Shown: in pieces, positions 9,637-16,546 of the stretch
Position numbering within the stretch: the first letter of the stretch is position 1
Layout of the letters: each line of letters begins with the position of its first letter
Assembly (NCBI GenBank): GCA_964581145.1
Contig: CAZONU010000005.1
Coordinates: 1 to 32,796, forward strand
Direction: 5' to 3'
DNA: 32,796 nt
Source of the DNA: an uncultured Planctomycetia bacterium
Lineage (GTDB): Bacteria > Planctomycetota > SZUA-567 > JAKLDR01
The notes under the pieces: generated by a model
What the model saw: the letters and a program-made list of their open reading frames with translations, nothing else
The model's database searches: none
What the model was told of the DNA's origin: nothing
Program-made: the position numbers and the translations under genes

Positions 9637-10308
9637 CTACTTCACCCGTACCCAGCCGCTCTTTGCCGGGTTCCGGGGGCGCAGCTTCATGAAGGCGGCC
9701 TTGCCCAGGTCCTTGGCCCAGACCGTGCCGCTGGTCGAGATTATGAAGGTCAGCTTGGTCTCGACGCCGTACTTGGCCGGCGTTGCGCACAGGGCGTAGT
9801 CGTCGATCCAGTTGATCTTGACGCCGGCGATCGCGGCCATGTCCTGGAAGAGGTAGCCGTCCTTGGCCTTGCCCTTGGCCCCGGCGGCCGCGGCCATGGC
9901 CTTGTCGATCAGCTCGATGGGTTTGCCGTCCTGGCTCTTGGTGGTGGCCAGCGCGGTGAAGGGCGTGGCGTATTCGAGAACGCCGTCCTTGTCCCAGTCA
10001 TAGCGGTGGTACACGATCTGCCCGGAGCAGTATGTCCGCAGGGACTTGACCACGGCCCTCTCCTTGGCGCCGAGCTTGTATTCCTCCCCGCTGGCCAGCT
10101 CGCGGACGATCACGATCCGGGGTTTCTCCAGCTTCTTGACGCGGCGCTGGAGGCTATCGAGCGCGGAGCGGAGCATACGGATCTGAATCTTGAGACTGGC
10201 GACCTCGGCCTTGAGCCTGGTGATCTCCTTCTTGTTCTCGGCCTCTCCCGCGCGGGCCAGAGCCGGCAGGAAGGCGCAGAGCATCAGGACTGCCATGCGG
10301 CGCTTCAT
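9637..10308 (-). CDS. Secreted DUF2950-like protein with N-terminal coiled coil
   Basis: The real start is ATG 10308, preceded by GGAGG (ggaaaaggaggccgaaccATG). It has signal peptide MKRRMAVLMLCAFLPALARA. The C-terminal block DGYLFQDMAAIAGVKINWIDDYALCATPAKYGVETKLTFIISTSGTVWAKDLG matches my memory of the DUF2950 core. The 458-aa track ORF is an artefactual 5' extension. Confidence 0.75.
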   Translation of the reverse strand: MKRRMAVLMLCAFLPALARAGEAENKKEITRLKAEVASLKIQIRMLRSALDSLQRRVKKLEKPRIVIVRELASGEEYKLGAKERAVVKSLRTYCSGQIVYHRYDWDKDGVLEYATPFTALATTKSQDGKPIELIDKAMAAAAGAKGKAKDGYLFQDMAAIAGVKINWIDDYALCATPAKYGVETKLTFIISTSGTVWAKDLGKAAFMKLRPRNPAKSGWVRVK

Positions 10309-10540
10309 GGTTCGGCCTCCTTTTCCAGTCATTGGGCGAGCCCCCATGTTACCCGCCCGCCGCCGGGCCTCAAGGGCATAAGCGTCCCCAACACCCCCAA
10401 TATCCCGCGAAAACCCGCCGGGAAAGCCTCTGCACAAGTGAATGTCGGCCCCTTTCGGAGAATTCGCGAAACCGCCGGCGCGGCGCGGAGTCAAAGCGGC
10501 TGATGACGGACAACTCAACCAGGAAGAAAGGGGAAAAGAG

Positions 10541-10792
10541 ATGAAACGTTTCCTGACACTCGCTGCGGTCATGGCTCTGGCAGGCCTCTTCTCGCTGGCG
10601 ACGGCGGGGGAGCCCAAGAAGCGCAAGAGCATCTTCCCGAAGACGACTCCCGGCGCGGTGGGCGGGGCCATGGGCCAGCTTCTGAAGGCGACGCCCATAC
10701 CCGTCCAGGCCGAAAAGCCCAAGCCCATCAAGGGCAAGCCGGTCAAGGCCCCGGCCAAGACCAAGACGAAGACCAAGTCCAACAAGAAGTAA
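10541..10792 (+). CDS. Small exported Lys/Pro-rich protein (83 aa)
   Basis: ATG 10541 follows gaaaggggaaaagag. It has signal peptide MKRFLTLAAVMALAGLFSLATA and a basic tail KPKPIKGKPVKAPAKTKTKTKSNKK. It is followed by a hairpin terminator. Confidence 0.65.
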   Translation: MKRFLTLAAVMALAGLFSLATAGEPKKRKSIFPKTTPGAVGGAMGQLLKATPIPVQAEKPKPIKGKPVKAPAKTKTKTKSNKK

Positions 10793-10826
10793 TCAGGCGC
10801 CCGATCAGGGCGAAGCATCACGGTGG

Positions 10827-10857
10827 CCGGGCGCCCCTCGGGGCGCCCGGTTCGGTT
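10827..10857 (+). terminator. Hairpin terminator, conserved module shared with 16870-16901
   Basis: ccgggcgcccc / ggggcgcccgg stem followed by ttcggttcgg. The wider module 10808-10863 is homologous to 16851-16907. Confidence 0.6.
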
Positions 10858-10892
10858 CGGGGGAATTAGGTGTTGTGGGGCCGGAGCTATTG

Positions 10893-10941
10893 AGGTGCCG
10901 GTTGTCGGTTGTCGGTGGTCAGTAGTCAGTAACCTCTGACC
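10893..10941. repeat. Tandem heptanucleotide array (about 7 units)
   Basis: aggtgcc ggttgtc ggttgtc ggtggtc agtagtc agtaacc tctgacc, read directly. No complementary arm is nearby. Confidence 0.7.
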
Positions 10942-11079
10942 CACAGCCGGGTTGCTTGGCGGGTGCCGCAAGCACCTGAGAATCAGGGGCTTGAGTTTTG
11001 TGACTGCGCGCATCCCCTTGGATGGGAGTATTTTATGTGTAGTTATCCTGACACCGCTATTATTTTCTCGCTTTTCATC

Positions 11080-11108
11080 TTGACATTCCCCGCAATCGGC
11101 GATATATT
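11080..11108 (+). promoter_or_regulatory. Sigma70-type promoter for 11156-12160
   Basis: TTGACA (11080-11085), a 17-nt spacer, then TATATT (11103-11108), in a locally AT-rich stretch. Confidence 0.6.
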
Positions 11109-11138
11109 ACATATAGCAAGGCATTACAAGGTGCGATT

Positions 11139-11156
11139 ATGGATGAACGACCGTGA
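11139..11156 (+). other. Five-codon upstream ORF (MDERP) whose stop overlaps the main start (TGATG)
   Basis: AAGGTG (11128-11133) lies 5 nt before ATG 11139. The uORF reads atg gat gaa cga ccg tga, and the TGA (11154-11156) overlaps ATG 11156. Confidence 0.3.
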
Positions 11157-12160
11157 TGCGTGACCCGGCCAGGAAATCGCCCTCCGGGCGGAAGCCCGCG
11201 CCGGCCCAGCCGGCGATACCGACTACCGGCAACCAGCAACCGGCTGCCGAAGTTCTCATCAGCGCGGCGCGCCAGCGCGCCCGGGGGGTATCGTGGGCGC
11301 TTATCGCGGAAGAGACGCCGTACTCCGAGGGCGATCTTCTTACGTTCGCGTTGGACCACCCCGAGATCTGGGGGCCGCTTTACGCCCGCGCCGAGAAGCT
11401 CAGGTTGCAGGAGACCGCCGGCGGGACCCTCGCGCACCTCACCGCGCTGCTCAAAGGCGACGACAGCGAGGCTTCCGAAAAAGCCGCGAGAGAGCTCTTG
11501 ATTCATCGCAGACACGTGGAACGCCGCAGGCGGGGAGGATGCAGCCGCGCGAAGCCTCGTGATTTGGGATTTCGGAATTCGGAATGCGGAACGGCTCAAT
11601 CCGCAATCCGCGATCCGCAATCCGCAATGGCTGCGGAGGGGACTCCGCAATACCCCGAATGGCTGGTTGAGGAACCCGCTCCCGCGGAACTGGGAAAGCG
11701 TATAACCTACGCTGCCAACCGCGTGGCCCACGGCGAGCCCTACGCCTCCATCGCCGGGGAGGTCGGTCGCGATGCCGAAGACGTCGCTCGCTGGGCGTTC
11801 ATCTATCCCCGGGCCTGGGACCGGGTTTATCCGCAAGCGCGGCTGGCCGCCGCGCAGTTCGCCGCCGCGCTGGCGATCAACAGACTCCTGGACCTCGCCG
11901 CGGGGCCTGACGCCGCTCTCGCCGCCCGCGCGGCCCGGACGCTGCTGGTTCACAGGCGCCACATGCACTGGGCGCGCCTTGATCAACCACAGAGACACAG
12001 AGATTTACCCGCCGTGGCGGGCACCGAGGAAGATGTGAGTCTGGACGCGGCGGGGACCTCCAGCAGGACGGACGTGCTCCTCCGCGACCAGGAGAGAATC
12101 TCTGTGCCTCAGTGCCTCTGTGGTGAAAGCAGTTGTAGAATCCGCGACGGGCCCGGCTAG
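11156..12160 (+). CDS. Hypothetical protein made of two tandem HTH-like modules; contains two translated repeat elements
   Basis: Module 1 is ISAARQRARGVSWALIAEETPYSEGDLLTFALDHPEIWGPLYARAE...ARELLIHRRH. Module 2 is ITYAANRVAHGEPYASIAGEVGRDAEDVARWAFIYPRAWDRVYPQAR...ARTLLVHRRH. The true 3' end is uncertain because the last ~60 codons cross a TIR element. Confidence 0.6.
   Translation: MRDPARKSPSGRKPAPAQPAIPTTGNQQPAAEVLISAARQRARGVSWALIAEETPYSEGDLLTFALDHPEIWGPLYARAEKLRLQETAGGTLAHLTALLKGDDSEASEKAARELLIHRRHVERRRRGGCSRAKPRDLGFRNSECGTAQSAIRDPQSAMAAEGTPQYPEWLVEEPAPAELGKRITYAANRVAHGEPYASIAGEVGRDAEDVARWAFIYPRAWDRVYPQARLAAAQFAAALAINRLLDLAAGPDAALAARAARTLLVHRRHMHWARLDQPQRHRDLPAVAGTEEDVSLDAAGTSSRTDVLLRDQERISVPQCLCGESSCRIRDGPG
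11561..11630. repeat. Heptanucleotide-periodic hairpin, same family as 967-1086, inside the ORF
   Basis: The left arm is gatttgg gatttcg gaattcg gaatgcg ga. The right arm is aatccgc aatccgc gatccgc aatccgc aatgg. By hand this gives about 22 Watson-Crick pairs and 1 G-U out of 29, with a 9-nt loop. Confidence 0.75.
11987..12123. repeat. 137-bp element bounded by imperfect terminal inverted repeats
   Basis: ccacagagacacagagatt (11987-12005) pairs with aatctctgtgcctcagtgcctctgtgg (12097-12123). There is an internal cccgcc gt ggcggg hairpin. Confidence 0.65.
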
Positions 12161-12168
12161 CGCGGCGG

Positions 12169-15100
12169 CTAACCGTGTGAGCGCAGCGCGGCCTCGACCT
12201 TGAGCTTGAGCACCTCGTAGGGCCAGGCGAAGCTCTTCTCCTCGCCGGTGATGATCGCGTAGGCCCGGCTGAGGTGGCCGTTCCTGGCGGGCGCGTCCCC
12301 GGCCAGCGAGGCGTTCGCGGCCAGGACCAGCTCGACCTCCGAGCGGGAGACCTTCAGCCGGGAGGCCTGCTTGCGGAAGGCCTCGGCGTCCAGCTTGCCC
12401 TTCTGGAGCACCGCCGCGGCGATGGCCCTGGCCCGCGAGTTCTTGGCGGCCAGCCTGGCGGCCTCGGCCAGCAGGCGCTCGGCCTCCTTGTGCTCGCCGC
12501 GCCCGCTGCCCAGCGCCCGGAAGAGGCCCCGGCGCAGGCGGGCCTCCACGGCCAGCTCGCGGGGCGCGCCGGACTTCTTGCCCCAGACGCGCTCGTAGGT
12601 CGCCAGCGCCTCGCGGACCCCGCCGGCCATGAGGTGATAGCGGGCCAGCTCCAGGCGCCAGGCGGCCAGCTCCGCGGGGCTGGCCGCCAGCGCCGGCTCC
12701 ACCGCGGCGAGCTGCTGCATGAAGGCCGCCAGGTCCTCGTCGCGCGGGGGGCTCTCGGTCAGGAGGCGCACCACCTCGGCCAGGCGCGCGTCCGGGCCCA
12801 GCTGCGCGCGGGCGTAGGCGAAGAGCTCCCCGGCCTGGTCGTAGCGCGGCTTGGCCAGCAGGCTCTCGAAGGCGGTCACGAAGTTGGCCAGGTGCAGCCG
12901 CGAGGGGTAGGCCGCGTGGGCCTCGCGGACCAGCCGGTGGTCGCCCTCGTTGCGGCACTCGGCGTACTTGGCGCCGATCTCCTCGGCGGCCAGGCGGGCC
13001 AGCCCGGCGTGGCCCGCGCCGAAGTTGCGGCGGGCCTCGCGCAAGAGCTCCAGGGCCCTGGCCACCGGCGCGTCGGAGTCGTGCACCGCGCGGACCGCCT
13101 TGACGTACACGGCGGCCAGGCCCTTGGCCGGGTAGGCCCGGTGGACCTGGCCCAGGCTGGCGTAGGCCCCCGCGCCGCAGAAGGCCTCGCCCAGCCGGCA
13201 GGCGCGCTCGGCGATCTCCGCGTCGGCCTTCCAGTGCCCGCGGGCGAAGGCCAGAAGGTTCAGGGCCTGGGCCCGTCCGGCGCGGCCGCGCATCTTGAGG
13301 GTTTCGTCCAGGGCCTCGAGGTAGGCCTTCTTCAGCCCGCTGACCCCCGCGGCGGCGATCACCCGGGGCACCTGGGCGAACTCGCGGCGCCGGCTGAAGG
13401 CCGCGCAGGCCTCGTCGGCGTGGTAGACCAGCTCGCGGTTGCCGGGCTTGAGGCGCCGGGCGGCCGCGCGGAAGAGCCGGGCGCAGTTCTCGGCGTCGCC
13501 GGCCTCGGCCGCCAGCCGCGCCCAGTCCAGGAGCGGCGCGGGGGTCGGACCCAGGCGCCCGACCCAGGCGGCCACCAGGCGCTCGAGGTCGCCGGCGCGC
13601 TTGTCGCGCACCAGGGCCCAGCCGACCTCCTTGAGGTTGCGGCCCAGCACCGCCGAGCCCCCCGGGGCCGACAGCCGCGCGGCCAGGTCCCGGGCCAGGC
13701 GCACCTGGTCCCGGCGCCCGGCCAGCTCGGCGACCAGCGCGCCCATGTCCCACACCCAGGGCCCGCGGAGCTCCCCGCCGGCGCCCTCTTCCAGCTCGGG
13801 CAGCAGGCTGAAGACCCGGCCGGCCTGGCCGCTGCGCCCGGCCACCGCCATCTCGCACAGCAGGGCCTCGGCGCGCGCGGAGCGCAGGAGCTCGTCGGCC
13901 TCGCCCCCGGCGGCCTGCCCGGCCAGCTTGCGGGCCAGCTCGTAGTGGCCCAGGGCCTCGTCGGGGTGCTTCTTGATCTCGTGGTAGAGGCCCAGGCGGC
14001 AGTGGGCCACGGCCTGCTCGGCGAGGCTGGGCGGGGCCCCGCCCCCCTCGGTGGGGTTGACTATCGCGTTGTACTCCTCGATGGCCCCGTTGTAGTCGCC
14101 GCGGAAGAACATGCTGTCGGCGCCCACCAGCGCGCTGGCCAGCCGCGGCAGGAGCAGCCGCTCGACGACCAGCAGCCGGGGGCGGAGCACCTCCCGCCCG
14201 CCGCGCAGCACCACGTTGAGGTTCTTGTAGCGCCAGTGGGAGAGGTTGAGGTGCGCGTAGGTCAGCTCGGTGATCTCGGCGGCCTCGCCGGAAGCGGAGA
14301 CTTCCTCCAGCCGGAAGCGCAGCACCATCCCGCGGCGCTCGGCGGTGGCCCGGTAGGTCTTGCCCACGGTCAGGGGGGGCATCCGCCGGTCGGCGACCAC
14401 CTTGGGGCCGACCGAGGTGCCGTCCGGGGCGGTGGTGGCGGCCAGCTCCAGCCGGCCGGGCGAGAGCCGGAAGACGCCGGTCACGCGGTCGCCGCCGAAG
14501 CCCAGCCCCAGGGGCCGCCCCCCCAGCGGCGCGGCCAGCTCGAAGGTCAGCACCGCGCGGGTGCTGCCGTAGATCAGCTTGCGGGAGACCAGCTCGCGGT
14601 CCGGGACCACCGCACGGCGCTGCAGCGCGGAGACCGGATCGAGGTAGGCGTCCTGGTAGGAGCCGCGGACCGCCTGCCAGTCGGCGGCCCGGGGCCCGGC
14701 GGCGAAGTCGCAGCGGTCGACCTCCTTCCACTGCGGCTTGCTGCCCTCGACCCGCTCGATCTCCTGCTGCTGGAGGATGTAGGTGACGTAGCCGTAGGCG
14801 GCCGCGGCGACGAGCAGCACGGTGGCGGCCATGGTCAGGGCCACCCAGTGCTTGCGGAGCTTCTTGCGAGCCCGGTAGAGGAAGCTGGGCGGCTGGGCGC
14901 GGATGGGCTCGCCGCTCTGGTAGCGGCGGATCTCCTCGCGCAGCTCGCCGGCGGTGTGGTAGCGCCGGGCGGGATCCTTCTCCATGCACTTGACCACGAT
15001 GATCTCGAGCTCGCGGGGCAGCCGGGGGCTGACGCTGCGGGGCGGGGGGGGGTCCTCGTTGATCACCGCCAGGACGATCTCCAGGAGGTTGGTGCCCCCG

Positions 15101-15894
15101 AAGGGCGGCCGCCCGGTGAGCATCTCGTAGAGCACCGCGCCCATGGAGTAGAGGTCCGAGCGCTCGTCGACCCGGGAGATGTCCCCCTTGGCCTGCTCGG
15201 GGGGCATGTAGGCGGGCGTGCCGATGGTGGTGCCGTCGCGGGTGTGCTTGGTCTCCGCGCCGGAGCTCTTGGCCAGGCCGAAGTCCATGATGTGCACGCC
15301 GCCGTCGGAGTCCAGCATGATGTTGCTGGGCTTGATGTCCCGGTGGATGACCCCGCGGGTGTGGGCCGCGGCCACCGCGTCGGCGACCTGGGAGATGATG
15401 TGCAGCGCCTCGGTGACGGTCAGCTGGCGCTCGGAGAGCACCCGGCTGAGGGTCTGGCCCTCGACGAAGTCCATGGTGAAGAAGTGCCGGCCGCCGACCT
15501 CGCCGATGTCGTAGATGGGCACGATGTTGGGGTGCTTGAGGCGGGCCAGGGCCTGGGCCTCGCGGGTGAAGCGGCGGACCTCGGCGTCGGAGGCGTGCTC
15601 GCCGGCCAGCAGCACCTTGAGGGCCACCTCGCGGCCCAGGCGCTTCTGCTCGGCGCGGTAGACGATGCCCATGGCCCCGCGGGCCACCTCGGAGATGATG
15701 CGGTACTCGCCGAACTCCTGGCCGCGCAGCGAGGTGGTCTCGGACGGCCGGGGCCGCTTGGGCCCCGGGTCCGCCGGCGCGGGCGCCGGCTCCGAACCGG
15801 GCTCGGACTCGACGGTCTCCGCGCCGGGGTCCACCGGCGCGGGGTCCCGGGTGAGGTCCGGCTGGCGCTCTTCCGGGCGCTCTTGGTCAGCCAA
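12169..15894 (-). CDS. Membrane-spanning Ser/Thr protein kinase with large TPR-like extracytoplasmic region
   Basis: Hanks kinase motifs are present: GAMGIVYRA, VALK, HRDIKPSNIML, DFGLAK, GTPAYMPPE. A TM helix (WVALTMAATVLLVAAAAYGYV) is followed by more than 800 aa that look helical-repeat. The start is set to in-frame TTG 15894, preceded by GGGAGAG at 7 nt. The track start 16149 (also TTG) lies inside a palindromic repeat and reads as an R/S-rich non-protein-like peptide. Confidence 0.9.
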   Translation of the reverse strand: MADQERPEERQPDLTRDPAPVDPGAETVESEPGSEPAPAPADPGPKRPRPSETTSLRGQEFGEYRIISEVARGAMGIVYRAEQKRLGREVALKVLLAGEHASDAEVRRFTREAQALARLKHPNIVPIYDIGEVGGRHFFTMDFVEGQTLSRVLSERQLTVTEALHIISQVADAVAAAHTRGVIHRDIKPSNIMLDSDGGVHIMDFGLAKSSGAETKHTRDGTTIGTPAYMPPEQAKGDISRVDERSDLYSMGAVLYEMLTGRPPFGGTNLLEIVLAVINEDPPPPRSVSPRLPRELEIIVVKCMEKDPARRYHTAGELREEIRRYQSGEPIRAQPPSFLYRARKKLRKHWVALTMAATVLLVAAAAYGYVTYILQQQEIERVEGSKPQWKEVDRCDFAAGPRAADWQAVRGSYQDAYLDPVSALQRRAVVPDRELVSRKLIYGSTRAVLTFELAAPLGGRPLGLGFGGDRVTGVFRLSPGRLELAATTAPDGTSVGPKVVADRRMPPLTVGKTYRATAERRGMVLRFRLEEVSASGEAAEITELTYAHLNLSHWRYKNLNVVLRGGREVLRPRLLVVERLLLPRLASALVGADSMFFRGDYNGAIEEYNAIVNPTEGGGAPPSLAEQAVAHCRLGLYHEIKKHPDEALGHYELARKLAGQAAGGEADELLRSARAEALLCEMAVAGRSGQAGRVFSLLPELEEGAGGELRGPWVWDMGALVAELAGRRDQVRLARDLAARLSAPGGSAVLGRNLKEVGWALVRDKRAGDLERLVAAWVGRLGPTPAPLLDWARLAAEAGDAENCARLFRAAARRLKPGNRELVYHADEACAAFSRRREFAQVPRVIAAAGVSGLKKAYLEALDETLKMRGRAGRAQALNLLAFARGHWKADAEIAERACRLGEAFCGAGAYASLGQVHRAYPAKGLAAVYVKAVRAVHDSDAPVARALELLREARRNFGAGHAGLARLAAEEIGAKYAECRNEGDHRLVREAHAAYPSRLHLANFVTAFESLLAKPRYDQAGELFAYARAQLGPDARLAEVVRLLTESPPRDEDLAAFMQQLAAVEPALAASPAELAAWRLELARYHLMAGGVREALATYERVWGKKSGAPRELAVEARLRRGLFRALGSGRGEHKEAERLLAEAARLAAKNSRARAIAAAVLQKGKLDAEAFRKQASRLKVSRSEVELVLAANASLAGDAPARNGHLSRAYAIITGEEKSFAWPYEVLKLKVEAALRSHG

Positions 15895-15905
15895 GGGCGG
15901 GCTCT

Positions 15906-16184
15906 CCCTAGCAGTCCGTTGAAAAATGGAGCGCCGTGACGGCAGGCGCTCCCGAGCGATGCGAGGCCCGAGGGTGAGCGCGATGCCTCTGGCATCGGGC
16001 GAATCCCGAGAACGAAGCAGCGCGACGGGACCGCCTGCCGCCCTTCGGGTTGGGCCGTAACGGTCCGTCTTCTTCGTCGAGGACCCGAAGACGATGCTTG
16101 GGCATCGACTTCGGGACCTCTCCTCGAATCTGAACCATTCTGTCTCCAATCACGGCCGCCCCATTTTTCAACGGCCTGCTAGGG
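15906..16184. repeat. 279-bp MITE-like palindromic element in the kinase 5' leader
   Basis: Terminal inverted repeats ccctagcagtccgttgaaaaatgg (15906-15929) and ccatttttcaacggcctgctaggg (16161-16184) match at 23 of 24 positions, extending to about 35 bp with one gap. Both arms carry a similar local hairpin (gatgcc tctg gcatc / gatgc ttggg catc). Confidence 0.7.
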
Positions 16185-16235
16185 CCGGTCCGCGGCCGGG
16201 GGCAGCTCCGCGAACATAACCCCCTGTATTTTAAC

Positions 16236-16264
16236 ATTCTACGCGAAGAGGGGGCCAAAGTCAA
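16236..16264 (-). promoter_or_regulatory. Sigma70-type promoter directing transcription toward the kinase gene
   Basis: The minus strand reads TTGACT ttggccccctcttcgcg TAGAAT, with a 17-nt spacer. Confidence 0.6.
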
Positions 16265-16546
16265 AAGCAGCGGGGAACGCCCCGCCCCGGCCCCGGCCGG
16301 CGGGGGCCTCCTGGACCTCCCCCGAGGTATTAGACGCGGCGCGCGCGCCAAGGTTTTGGAAATTCGGGACTTAAATACCCGGGGCCGGGCACGGCCCGGT
16401 TCGTTCGGGGGGCGCACCTTTGGACGGACCTGAGTCACTGAGCGCCAGCGGTTTGCGAACCCTGAAAAAAAATAAGCGGCCCCGGCCCCCCAAGCCCATC
16501 GGGCCGTGCGGGCCGTGCTTCCTGCGCTGAAAAGGAGGAGAACGAG

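Noticed and set aside
9618-9638. Short hairpins spanning convergent stop codons (agccgg...ccggct at 9618-9638; GTAGG-cgg-CCTAC at 24383-24395)
   Set aside because: The stems are only 5-6 bp with no U-tract, too weak to call terminators. They are mentioned only as curiosities.
10309-11013. 5' extension of ORF 9637-11013 (458 aa)
   Set aside because: The extension runs antisense through gene 10541-10792 and translates the heptad array (LLTTDHRQPTTG). A strong GGAGG RBS and signal peptide at ATG 10308 define the real start.
967-11630. Heptad repeat arrays considered as CRISPR-like arrays
   Set aside because: The units are 7 nt and directly abutting, with no spacers and no cas genes. They are not CRISPR.
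12005-15939. Giant ORFs 12005-14989 (-, 994 aa) and 12274-15939 (+, 1221 aa) overlapping the kinase gene
   Set aside because: Their translations are monotonous R/G/P/A/L strings with no motifs. They are alternative-frame or antisense shadows of a GC3-rich gene whose own frame carries a full set of kinase motifs.
15895-16149. N-terminal 85 codons of the track ORF 12169-16149
   Set aside because: The track start is itself a TTG and lies inside the palindromic 15906-16184 element. The peptide (METEWFRFEERSRSRCPSIVFGSS...) is repeat-derived and R/S-rich. An in-frame TTG at 15894 with a GGGAGAG RBS is more plausible, though not proven.
16185-16546. About 360-bp ORF-free region at the window centre examined for a riboswitch, sRNA or sigma54 promoter
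   Set aside because: Apart from the minus-strand promoter (16236-16264) and a few short GC hairpins (e.g. gcgggg-aacg-ccccgc), I could not recognise any known RNA family or a convincing plus-strand promoter. A covariance-model scan (Rfam) would be needed.
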